NCBI GenBank assembly: GCA_964513905.1
Contig: CAZENS010000007.1
Span: 1 to 37,266 of the forward strand
DNA from: an uncultured Candidatus Saccharibacteria bacterium
GTDB lineage: Bacteria > Patescibacteriota > Saccharimonadia > Saccharimonadales > Saccharimonadaceae
Length of the DNA: 37,266 bases
Direction: 5' to 3'
Shown here in pieces: positions 17,060-25,970 of the stretch (positions are counted from its first letter, which is position 1; every line of letters begins with the position of its first letter). The position numbers and the translations under genes are program-made. The notes beneath the pieces were generated by a model. It was not told the DNA's origin. It saw only the letters and a program-made list of their open reading frames with translations, and searched no databases.

Positions 17060-18475
17060 ATGAGCGTAGCGCTGTATAGAAAATATCGCAGCAAAACACT
17101 AGACGAAATCATCGGGCAAGAACATATCACCGATATTTTACGTCGCGCCCTGGCATCGCAATCCATTGCACACGCTTATCTACTGACTGGCCCCCGAGGT
17201 ACAGGCAAAACCTCGGTTGCACGAATTCTTGCACACGAAATCAACAACCTTCCATATACCGACGAAGACGATCACCTCGACATTATTGAAATTGATGCCG
17301 CCAGTAATAATGGCGTTGATGATGTTCGCGACCTGCGCGACAAGGCACTTATTGCTCCAGTTGCTGCTGCTAAGAAAATATATATTATCGACGAAGTTCA
17401 TATGCTTTCAAAGCAGGCGTTCAATGCGCTGCTAAAAATGCTCGAGGAACCGCCCGAGCATATCGTTTTCATTCTTGCTACAACCGACGTAGATAAAGTT
17501 CCCGTAACGATTAAGAGCAGGACTCAACGATTTCATTTTCATCTTGTAGACACAGAAAAAGTATCCGAGCATCTGGCACACATTGCAAAAAAGGAAAAGA
17601 TTTCTATCGACATAGACGCCCTCGAAATTATCGCAGAGCAAGGTGGTGGGAGTTTTAGAGACAGCATTAGCCTGCTAGATCAAATACGCCACACTTCAAA
17701 TCAAAAAATAACTCGCGAGATGGTAGAGAATGGACTTGGGCTTGCACAGCGTGAACACATAGAAAACCTTACCAATGCAGTTAAGGGCCGGAATCCGAAT
17801 GAGATAATAGACTCAATTCAATCAATCGAACAAACGGGCGTAAGCGCCGGAACCCTTGCTGGCCAGCTGCGAACACATTTCTATCGTCAAATTAGCACAA
17901 ATCCGAGCCTAGTACATTTTCTTGAAGGGCTGGGAAATGTTTCTAAATCTTCACATCCGGACATAACGCTGCTTGTTACTCTGCTAAGTCGCGCCCACAT
18001 TGCATCCGATACTAGCGCTCCCGAAAATTCATCAAAAAAGATTACCAAGAAGAGTACAACAGTTTCGTCAACCGTTACCCCTAAACCCCAGGCGATAACT
18101 GCTCCTATCGCACCAAAACCAAAAATAGCCCCAGCAAAAAAGCCCGCCCCAAAAAAGCCTATCTCTGACTTCGATTGGGATAAGGTCCTTTCATTTATTG
18201 CAGAAAAAAAGTCAGGTAACATCGGGCTTTACTCGCTATTACAAAAGTGCACCCCCCAAATTAAAGACGATGCACTGACGCTATATGCCGTGAACAGCTT
18301 TAATAAAAAGCGCCTTGAAAGTTCAAAAAATCTATCGGTTTTATATAATGCAATTGCCGAAACTCACGGTGGCGATATTGAACTTGAGGTTGTGGCATCA
18401 AGCGCACCGCCAAAAGATGAACAAGTCGCAAAAATTGCTGCTATGATGGGTGGAGGAGAAGAAATAGATGTCTGA
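17060..18475 (+). CDS. dnaX: DNA polymerase III subunit gamma/tau
   Basis: 'LLTGPRGTGKTS' (Walker A), 'IIDEVHMLS' and 'SRTQRF', followed by a Pro/Lys-rich linker and a small C-terminal domain. Confidence 0.9.
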   Translation: MSVALYRKYRSKTLDEIIGQEHITDILRRALASQSIAHAYLLTGPRGTGKTSVARILAHEINNLPYTDEDDHLDIIEIDAASNNGVDDVRDLRDKALIAPVAAAKKIYIIDEVHMLSKQAFNALLKMLEEPPEHIVFILATTDVDKVPVTIKSRTQRFHFHLVDTEKVSEHLAHIAKKEKISIDIDALEIIAEQGGGSFRDSISLLDQIRHTSNQKITREMVENGLGLAQREHIENLTNAVKGRNPNEIIDSIQSIEQTGVSAGTLAGQLRTHFYRQISTNPSLVHFLEGLGNVSKSSHPDITLLVTLLSRAHIASDTSAPENSSKKITKKSTTVSSTVTPKPQAITAPIAPKPKIAPAKKPAPKKPISDFDWDKVLSFIAEKKSGNIGLYSLLQKCTPQIKDDALTLYAVNSFNKKRLESSKNLSVLYNAIAETHGGDIELEVVASSAPPKDEQVAKIAAMMGGGEEIDV

Positions 18476-19817
18476 GAAGAGTAGTGTTGCGGCAAAAGTT
18501 CCGCCCCAAAATATCGATGCCGAAAAGAGCCTACTTGGTGCAATTTTAATTGACGAAGGTGTGCTTGCAGATGTTTCAGAAGTTGTAAAACCTAAAGATT
18601 TTTACGATAAAAATCATGAACTTATTTTTGACGGTATTATGCGACTATACGAAAAGCATAAGCCTGTTGATATGTTGACATTAACAGATGAACTCAAACG
18701 TAAAGACCACCTTTCGCTAGTGGGCGGGTCGGCGTACCTATCTGAACTAACAAACTATGTCCCGACCGCAGCACACGCTGAAGCCTACGCTGAACTCGTA
18801 GCGCAAAAGGCTGTTCGCCGTCGCCTCATTAAAGCGAGTGGGGAAATTAGTGAGATGGGGTACGATGAAAATACCGACGTCCAAGAACTACTATCGAAGG
18901 CAGAGTCTGAATTATTTAGCGTGTCAGATCAATCACTCAAGCAAGATCTAATTAGCATCGAAAGTGTTTTGACCGACAGCTTTGATAGAATGGAAGAGCT
19001 TCATCAAAATAAGGGGGCGCTTCGTGGCATTCGCACTGGCTACCGAGACTTAGATAATATGACAGCGGGTTTACAACGTAGCGACTTAATTATTCTAGCG
19101 GCACGTCCGGCAATGGGTAAAACGACTCTTGTTACCAACCTTGCGTATAATGTCGCTACCATTGAGCAAAAAGCCGTGCTGTTCTTCTCGCTCGAGATGA
19201 GTAAAGAGCAACTGGTTGATCGTATGTTGGCCGATGCCGCCGGTGTTGATAGCTGGAATATCCGCACAGGCAACCTCAGCGATGACGACTTTAGCAAAAT
19301 CACAGATGCAATGGGTGAAATGGCCGAAGCACCGATATTTATTGACGATAAACCTGGGTTGAGCGTGCTAGAGATGCGCACAAAAGCCCGACGTGTTGCA
19401 CACGAACAGGAGTTAGGCCTTATTATTGTCGACTATCTTCAGCTCATGCAGGGAAGCGGCCGTAGTGATGGAAACCGTGTTCAGGAAGTGAGTGAGATAT
19501 CACGAGGACTAAAGCTTGTAGCGCGTGAGTTAAACGTACCGCTTATCGCCTTGAGTCAGCTATCTCGTACAGTTGAATCACGAACACCACCAATTCCACA
19601 GCTTTCTGACCTTCGAGAATCTGGAAGTATCGAGCAGGACGCAGATATTGTAAGCTTTATCTATCGCCCTGGCTACTACGAGCCCGACAACCCAGACGTG
19701 GCAAATATTACCGATCTTATCATTGCAAAACACCGAAACGGGCCTGTTGGCAAAGTTGGACTATACTTCCATCCAGAAAGGCTACGATTTATGTCTCTGG
19801 ATAATCGACACAAATAA
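18468..19817 (+). CDS. dnaB: Replicative DNA helicase DnaB
   Basis: 'PPQNIDAEKSLLGAIL', 'ILAARPAMGKTT' and 'IIVDYLQLM'. It overlaps the dnaX 3' end by 8 nt (ATGTCTGA). Confidence 0.95.
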   Translation: MSEKSSVAAKVPPQNIDAEKSLLGAILIDEGVLADVSEVVKPKDFYDKNHELIFDGIMRLYEKHKPVDMLTLTDELKRKDHLSLVGGSAYLSELTNYVPTAAHAEAYAELVAQKAVRRRLIKASGEISEMGYDENTDVQELLSKAESELFSVSDQSLKQDLISIESVLTDSFDRMEELHQNKGALRGIRTGYRDLDNMTAGLQRSDLIILAARPAMGKTTLVTNLAYNVATIEQKAVLFFSLEMSKEQLVDRMLADAAGVDSWNIRTGNLSDDDFSKITDAMGEMAEAPIFIDDKPGLSVLEMRTKARRVAHEQELGLIIVDYLQLMQGSGRSDGNRVQEVSEISRGLKLVARELNVPLIALSQLSRTVESRTPPIPQLSDLRESGSIEQDADIVSFIYRPGYYEPDNPDVANITDLIIAKHRNGPVGKVGLYFHPERLRFMSLDNRHK

Positions 19818-19836
19818 CGATATAATAGTTTACGTT

Positions 19837-21324
19837 ATGTCAAAAAAACTGTCCGTAAAAAAGATAACATTTTACCGGTGGCGTTTTCTATTAGGATACG
19901 GATTGCTCTTATTTTCGCTTATAGCGATGCTTACTCTAGCTGCAATATATGCCCCAGGGGGAATTAGTGCGAGCGAAAAAACAAGTACACTTATTAGCGC
20001 CTCGCTTCGTCCAGACCAACCAAGCTCACTTCTTATAACAGACCTGCCGTATCACGCACTGCAAAAAATATCTATCACGCTTTTTGGTGTGAATAGTATC
20101 AGCATTAAGCTACCTTCGCTACTAATTGCAACCGCCGCAGGTGTTGGCCTGATATTTATTCTACGGCGCTGGCTAAAGCCGAGTGTCAGTGTTATCGCAG
20201 GTGGAATCGCAGCAGTTTCTACACCGTTTATATTCTTAGCGCAACAAGGTACACCCGAAATTATGACGATTTTTTGGCCAATCTGCATCCTCCTTCTTGC
20301 TACACTAAGTGTCCGACAGGGAAAGGTAAAATACCTAACTATGCCACTTTTAGGTATAGCCACTGGACTAAGCTTATATACACCACTGAGCATCTTCCTT
20401 ATCATAGCCCTGCTGATCGGTAGCATGCTGCATCCTCATGTGCGCCATCTAGTGAAAAAACGCATTCCAAGGCAACTAGTCGTAGTGTCTACAATTCTGG
20501 CGATAGCAACAGTTATTCCACTTATATATATGATATACAAAACGCCAATACTCGCGATTGCACTCATGATATCAACGGGGTCGCTATCGTTTGATTTTAT
20601 AGAAAACATTAAGTTAATTGCACTACAGCTATTTGACATCACCGGTCAAAGCACCCAGGTTACTGGCCAGCTTACGCCGTTCTTTACACTGCCTTCACTT
20701 ATGCTCACGCTACTTGGGGCCTATCGACTATTAAAGTATCGCCACGGAGCGCAAAACTATCTGCTCACCACCTGGATGACGCTACTTCTTCCGGTTGTTT
20801 TAATTAACCCTCGACACCCAGAATTGCTTTTTGTTCCGTTTATTATGTTTATCGGCATCGGTATAGATTACCTGCTAGGGTATTGGTATAAACTATTCCC
20901 ACTTAACCCTTACGCTCGAGTTTTTGGACTTATTCCACTCGTTGTTCTTATTGGGGGAATCATGCTATCAGATTCGTCTCGCTACTTTTATACATACCAT
21001 TACAATGCACCGTTAGCACTCCAATCAAGCCATGACTTAGCACTCATAAAAGATGCTATCTCACAAGCAAAAAAGCAGTCGCGCACACCCGCTATTGTAG
21101 TGTCTCCAACGGATCACGCATTTTATCAGCTATACAGCGACGTAAAAGATCTTAACTTAGACATATCCCAAGATCCTAAAACGCCGACAAACAAAAATAC
21201 TATTATCGCTACTCGCGATAGCAAGCAAGTCACATCGGAGTACATCCCGACGCAAATTATCGCAGACCGAACTGCTGGCGAGCACTCAGACAGACTGTAT
21301 ATATACAAAAATACAGACAAATAA
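19837..21324 (+). CDS. Polytopic membrane protein, probable GT-C fold (ArnT/PMT-like) glycosyltransferase
   Basis: About 12 hydrophobic helices plus a C-terminal soluble domain. 'LFGVNSISIKLPSLLIATAAGVGLIFILRRWL' resembles the GT39/GT83 N-terminal region. TATAAT at 19821-19826 lies 10 nt before the ATG. The track ORF is over-extended into dnaB. Confidence 0.5.
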   Translation: MSKKLSVKKITFYRWRFLLGYGLLLFSLIAMLTLAAIYAPGGISASEKTSTLISASLRPDQPSSLLITDLPYHALQKISITLFGVNSISIKLPSLLIATAAGVGLIFILRRWLKPSVSVIAGGIAAVSTPFIFLAQQGTPEIMTIFWPICILLLATLSVRQGKVKYLTMPLLGIATGLSLYTPLSIFLIIALLIGSMLHPHVRHLVKKRIPRQLVVVSTILAIATVIPLIYMIYKTPILAIALMISTGSLSFDFIENIKLIALQLFDITGQSTQVTGQLTPFFTLPSLMLTLLGAYRLLKYRHGAQNYLLTTWMTLLLPVVLINPRHPELLFVPFIMFIGIGIDYLLGYWYKLFPLNPYARVFGLIPLVVLIGGIMLSDSSRYFYTYHYNAPLALQSSHDLALIKDAISQAKKQSRTPAIVVSPTDHAFYQLYSDVKDLNLDISQDPKTPTNKNTIIATRDSKQVTSEYIPTQIIADRTAGEHSDRLYIYKNTDK

Positions 21325-21362
21325 GCTATACTATAAAGATAACGACAGAGGAGGAGTTTAAA

Positions 21363-21665
21363 ATGGCGTTTGACCAAATGAAAATGCTTAATGATTTACG
21401 TAAAGCACAAAAAGAGCTAAAGAAGCAACAGATTATTGCAGCTGCAGGCGGCGAAGATGACGATCCCGCAGTTGAAGTAACAATCAACGGTGAGCTAAAA
21501 GTTGAGAACATCTCAATCAATCCCGACTACGTAGACCTTGAGGATATTGAAGAACTTGAAGGCTGGCTTGAGGCGGCAATCCGAGATGGAATGACAAAAG
21601 CACAAGAAGTAGCCGCAGAAAAAATGAAGCCCCTTATGGGCGGCATGAACCTACCTGGGATGTAA
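21363..21665 (+). CDS. ybaB: YbaB/EbfC-family nucleoid-associated protein
   Basis: 100 aa. 'MLNDLRKAQKELKK...VEVTINGELKVENISINPD' with a GAGGAGG Shine-Dalgarno. Confidence 0.85.
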   Translation: MAFDQMKMLNDLRKAQKELKKQQIIAAAGGEDDDPAVEVTINGELKVENISINPDYVDLEDIEELEGWLEAAIRDGMTKAQEVAAEKMKPLMGGMNLPGM

Positions 21666-21670
21666 AACTA

Positions 21671-22288
21671 GTGACACAGCAATTGCTGCCAAAAGCACTC
21701 ACATCGCTAATAGATGAGCTGGGCAAACTTCCTGGCGTCGGCATTCGCACAGCAGAACGTTATGCATATTATTTACTTCGAGCTCGCTCTGAATCGAATA
21801 GTTCACTTGCAAGCGCCATCGAAAGTCTTCAAACTGGTGTTAAATCGTGTCCGGTTACATTTGCCCTAATTGGTGCCGACGAAGAGGTTTCGTCGCTTTA
21901 TAGCGATCCTTCACGCAATAAAAGGCTAATAGCCGTCGTAGAAGAACCTCTTGATATAATTGCGCTCGAGCGCACAGGGCAATACCATGGCACCTATCAT
22001 GTGCTCGGTGGCGCAATTTCGCCAATTGACGGAATAGGGCCAGAGCAGCTACACATTACCGAGTTGACAAAAAGAATTGAAAAAGACAAAGCAGAGGAGA
22101 TAATTATCGCCACCAATGCAAGCGTTGAAGGGGAGTCAACAGCACTTTTCCTCCAGAGACACATCGCACAATCTGGAATCAATGTCAAAATGAGTAGACT
22201 CGCTCGAGGTCTACCCGTTGGCGTCGACCTTGAATATGCAGATCAAATAACACTAAGTCACGCACTCGAAGGACGTAAGATTTTATAA
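21671..22288 (+). CDS. recR: Recombination protein RecR (zinc-finger cysteines largely absent)
   Basis: HhH 'LPGVGIRTAERYAYYLL' and Toprim 'VVEEPLDIIALERTGQYHGTYHVLGGAISPIDGIGP'. GTG start. Confidence 0.9.
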   Translation: MTQQLLPKALTSLIDELGKLPGVGIRTAERYAYYLLRARSESNSSLASAIESLQTGVKSCPVTFALIGADEEVSSLYSDPSRNKRLIAVVEEPLDIIALERTGQYHGTYHVLGGAISPIDGIGPEQLHITELTKRIEKDKAEEIIIATNASVEGESTALFLQRHIAQSGINVKMSRLARGLPVGVDLEYADQITLSHALEGRKIL

Positions 22289-23277
22289 TGTACGATGAAG
22301 CAATTACCTTAATTACAACCGCAAAAAATATTGTTGTCATTCAAGCAGAAAACCCCGATGGAGATAGCCTTGGCACGAGCTTAGCACTTGAAGAAATACT
22401 TAGCGATATGGGCAAGAAAGTTAGTTTATATTGCCCGGTAGAAATTCCCAAATACATGCGCTATATACCCGGCTGGGATAGGGTAGACAGTGAATTCAAC
22501 ACTCATGCAGATCTTGCTATAATTGTCGACACAACTGCAGATGTTCTTATGAGCAAAGCGCTCGAGGCTCCAGGAGTACGACATTTCCTTGAGTCACACA
22601 ACGTTTTGGTAATTGATCATCACATAGATGCCGAACCAACCCTTAGCTTTCCTCACCAGTTACTCCTTGAAGAAGGTGTATCAGCTAGCCAGATTTTACA
22701 TAGATTAGCGGTAAAAGCGAACTGGACTATAAATAAGCCAGCAGCGTCTGCAATGCTTGCAGCGCTATTGTCGGACACGCTCGGACTTACCACTCAAAAT
22801 GTTGATGCAAAAGCATACGCTACAGCAAGTCACCTAGCTGAACTTGGCGCAAGCCCTTCAACAATCGAAGAGGCTCGTCGTGAATTTATGAAAAAATCTG
22901 CCGAAATACTTGAATACAAAGGGAGACTTATTGAGCGTATCGAGTATTATCTTGATGGCCGTCTGGCGGTTGTCAAAATACCATTCTCTGAAATTGAAGC
23001 CTATAGCGACCAATACAACCCAAGCGTCCTTGTACTTGACGAGATGAGGCTAGTACAAGGTGTTGAACTAGCGGTGGCAATCAAAACCTACCCAGACGGA
23101 AAACTTACCGGTAAACTGCGATCAAATAGTCCAATCGCAGCAGATGTTGCAGGCTACTTTGGCGGCGGCGGACACAAGTACGCAGCTGGCTTTAGAGTGT
23201 ACGACTCCGCAGAAACAATTGTTGAGGATTTACTCACAGCAACAAACAAAGCCTTAAACAAATCTGCTACAATATAA
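22288..23277 (+). CDS. nrnA: DHH/DHHA1 phosphoesterase (NrnA-like oligoribonuclease / pAp phosphatase)
   Basis: 'DGDSLGTSLAL', 'VIDHHID' and 'GGGGHKYAAGF'. The start overlaps the recR stop (TAATG). Confidence 0.8.
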   Translation: MYDEAITLITTAKNIVVIQAENPDGDSLGTSLALEEILSDMGKKVSLYCPVEIPKYMRYIPGWDRVDSEFNTHADLAIIVDTTADVLMSKALEAPGVRHFLESHNVLVIDHHIDAEPTLSFPHQLLLEEGVSASQILHRLAVKANWTINKPAASAMLAALLSDTLGLTTQNVDAKAYATASHLAELGASPSTIEEARREFMKKSAEILEYKGRLIERIEYYLDGRLAVVKIPFSEIEAYSDQYNPSVLVLDEMRLVQGVELAVAIKTYPDGKLTGKLRSNSPIAADVAGYFGGGGHKYAAGFRVYDSAETIVEDLLTATNKALNKSATI

Positions 23278-23282
23278 GCATT

Positions 23283-24728
23283 ATGTCGCTACATTTTTAT
23301 AACACTCCTGCTCGAACAGTCGAGCGATTTACACCACAGGAACCTGGTAAAGTAAAGATCTACACCTGTGGTCCAACCGTTTATGATTATCTGCACGTTG
23401 GCAACTGGGCAGCCTATCTTTATTGGGATGTACTCGTCAGAACATTAGAAATAAACGGCCTAGACGTTAACCGAGTTATGAATATTACAGACGTTGGACA
23501 CCTTGTGAGCGATGCCGACGAAGGGGAGGACAAGCTAGAAAAAGGCGCAAAACGTGAAGGCAAAACAGCATGGGACATCGCAAAATATTATGAAGAATAC
23601 TTTTTAGATCGACTCGATACGCTCAATATTATTCGACCAAACCATATCACAAAGGCAACTGATTTTATAGACGAGCAACTTAACTTAGTCCGAACCCTAA
23701 AAGAAAAGGGATATACGTATCAAATTGCAGACGGTATTTACTTTGATACAAGCAAGTTTCCAACGTATGCAGATTTTGCACATATTAACATAGACAACCT
23801 CAAAGAAGGAGCACGCGTTGAAACAAACACTGAAAAGCGTAACATAACCGACTTTGCCTTATGGAAATTCACCCCAGACGGGCAAACTCGTGATATGCAA
23901 TGGCCCACACCAACCGACTTGCTCGAGGACAATACACAGTCCAAGCAGGGATTCCCCGGCTGGCATCTTGAATGCTCCGCGATGAGTATGGCAATTCTTG
24001 GATCGACACTCGATATTCACACCGGAGGAATCGATCACATACCAATTCACCATACAAATGAAATTGCACAAAGCGAAGCGGCGAGCGGAAAAAAGTTCTG
24101 TAACACTTGGCTTCATAATAACCACCTGAAGGTAGATGGCACGAAAATATCAAAAAGCCTTGGTAATGGCTATACTCTCGAGGATCTACAAGAAAAAGGA
24201 TTTGCCCCACAAGACCTTCGAATGTTTATCTTGCAAAGTCACTACAGAAACGAAGGTAATTTTACGTTTGAAAACCTAGCTGCTGCCGCACAAAGGCTAA
24301 AAAACTGGAAGCGTATTGCATCATTACGTCACCAAATACATGCTACGCTCGATACCACTGACACAAACGTGATCCCCTCATACGCAGCGCAGAGGTTCTT
24401 AACAGAAATACTTCAAAATGATATCAACACACCTGAAGCGCTGGCGCATATTGATAAAGTCCTGAATGAAGTATTAGAAACACCGCTCCATCAAATCAAT
24501 CAAAAATCCCTGACAGATTTTATTCATCACGTTGATCAATCGCTTGGATTCACCCTTGAGAACGATACGCCAGACATTACAGACGAGCAAAAACGACTAA
24601 TTATCGTGCGTAAGCGAGCACGCGACAATAAAGACTGGGCAACAAGCGATAAGATAAGAGACGAACTCTCGAGTGACGGGATATTTATTCGCGACACCCC
24701 CAATTACAGTATCTGGGAACGTCACTAA
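23283..24728 (+). CDS. cysS: Cysteine--tRNA ligase
   Basis: 'CGPTVYDYLHVGN' (HIGH-type) and 'KISKSLGN' (KMSKS). Confidence 0.95.
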   Translation: MSLHFYNTPARTVERFTPQEPGKVKIYTCGPTVYDYLHVGNWAAYLYWDVLVRTLEINGLDVNRVMNITDVGHLVSDADEGEDKLEKGAKREGKTAWDIAKYYEEYFLDRLDTLNIIRPNHITKATDFIDEQLNLVRTLKEKGYTYQIADGIYFDTSKFPTYADFAHINIDNLKEGARVETNTEKRNITDFALWKFTPDGQTRDMQWPTPTDLLEDNTQSKQGFPGWHLECSAMSMAILGSTLDIHTGGIDHIPIHHTNEIAQSEAASGKKFCNTWLHNNHLKVDGTKISKSLGNGYTLEDLQEKGFAPQDLRMFILQSHYRNEGNFTFENLAAAAQRLKNWKRIASLRHQIHATLDTTDTNVIPSYAAQRFLTEILQNDINTPEALAHIDKVLNEVLETPLHQINQKSLTDFIHHVDQSLGFTLENDTPDITDEQKRLIIVRKRARDNKDWATSDKIRDELSSDGIFIRDTPNYSIWERH

Positions 24729-24737
24729 TACACTGCC

Positions 24738-25898
24738 TTACGCCTTCTTGGTAGAGGGCGACTGCTTTTCTTTTTGACGAACTTTTGATAGCAATCGTGG
24801 TACAGAACCAACTGACTTTTCTTTGGTTGTTCGTCTATTTTCAAGGTAATCCTCTACAAGAACCTTAATCCAGCCAGCAATCGGGATTGAAATCAACCCG
24901 CCAATCAAGCCAAACATGTATGTTCCTATTGTTACAGAAACCAGCACTATTAACGCCGATAATTGAACTGTTTTTGACTGAATAGCAGGGGAGATAAAGT
25001 TATTTTCGATCTGCTGATATACAATAAAGTAGCCAAGGAAAATCACCGCCGCAGGAATACTATTTAGTGCAAGCAGCACTGTGATAAGCACACCGGCAAT
25101 CGTTGCACCAAACATCGGAACAAGTGAAAGAATAAACGAAATCGCAGCAATTGGAAGCGTAAGATTGCCAGAAACCTCCTGAATAAATATAGACATGATA
25201 AAGACAGTAAGACCGGAGGTAACACCCGCAATCGCCGCTACTGCAATCTGGCCATTTACATAACCCTTCATAACATCGTACATACGAGAAATAAGTTTCT
25301 GGTGGTGCTTCTTCATGTCTTTATCTGTATAAATGCCCCAAATTCTCCTCATCCAATCTGGCCCCTCAAGAAGCATCAAAAAGCTGATAACGAGAACAAG
25401 AATCAAGGAAACAATCGCCCCAAAGACTGAGCCAACTCCGTTTACTAGATTTACACCGATATTTCCTGCCCAATCTGTAGCCTTTACTTTTACAGATTCG
25501 ACAGCCCTATCAACTTGTGGCTGAAGGTTGTACTTTTCGACAAAATTACCAAGTGAATCAATGCTGGACTGATTTTTCTCAATTAGGCCGGGAATCGTTT
25601 CTGCAAAATGAATGGACTGTTGCACCATTGGGGGAGTGACTAAAAAGATAAAGCCCATAAGAACTGTTACCACGGCAATGAAAGCCGCAGCCGTTCCGCC
25701 GAGCCGACTACGACCAGGCATCAATTTTGCTAAATGACTTACCGGAGAATTTAGGGCCAAAGCTAGAAAAAGTGAGGCTATCATTAAAACTAATGCAGTA
25801 CGAGCCGAATAGATTGCCAGCCCTGCAAGGCCAAAACCAATAACAACCAGCCAAAAGCGAACAAACGTTTTAGTATCAATTTCTATTTTTACTTTCAT
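24738..25898 (-). CDS. AI-2E family (PerM/UPF0118) transporter
   Basis: Eight or so TM helices with a layout typical of AI-2E permeases. AAGGAG Shine-Dalgarno upstream. Confidence 0.75.
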   Translation of the reverse strand: MKVKIEIDTKTFVRFWLVVIGFGLAGLAIYSARTALVLMIASLFLALALNSPVSHLAKLMPGRSRLGGTAAAFIAVVTVLMGFIFLVTPPMVQQSIHFAETIPGLIEKNQSSIDSLGNFVEKYNLQPQVDRAVESVKVKATDWAGNIGVNLVNGVGSVFGAIVSLILVLVISFLMLLEGPDWMRRIWGIYTDKDMKKHHQKLISRMYDVMKGYVNGQIAVAAIAGVTSGLTVFIMSIFIQEVSGNLTLPIAAISFILSLVPMFGATIAGVLITVLLALNSIPAAVIFLGYFIVYQQIENNFISPAIQSKTVQLSALIVLVSVTIGTYMFGLIGGLISIPIAGWIKVLVEDYLENRRTTKEKSVGSVPRLLSKVRQKEKQSPSTKKA

Positions 25899-25970
25899 AG
25901 TTAGCTATATTCTCCTTATGTAACTTATTATATTTTAGCATATTTGCTATAAAATTCAATCTAAGGCTGG

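Noticed and set aside
17587-17593. A fourth in-phase A AAA AAG heptamer in dnaX
   Set aside because: It lies inside the ATPase core at about residue 177, and its -1 frame stays open for many codons. It is not a plausible gamma-producing site. I keep it as evidence that such heptamers can occur by chance in this A-rich gene.
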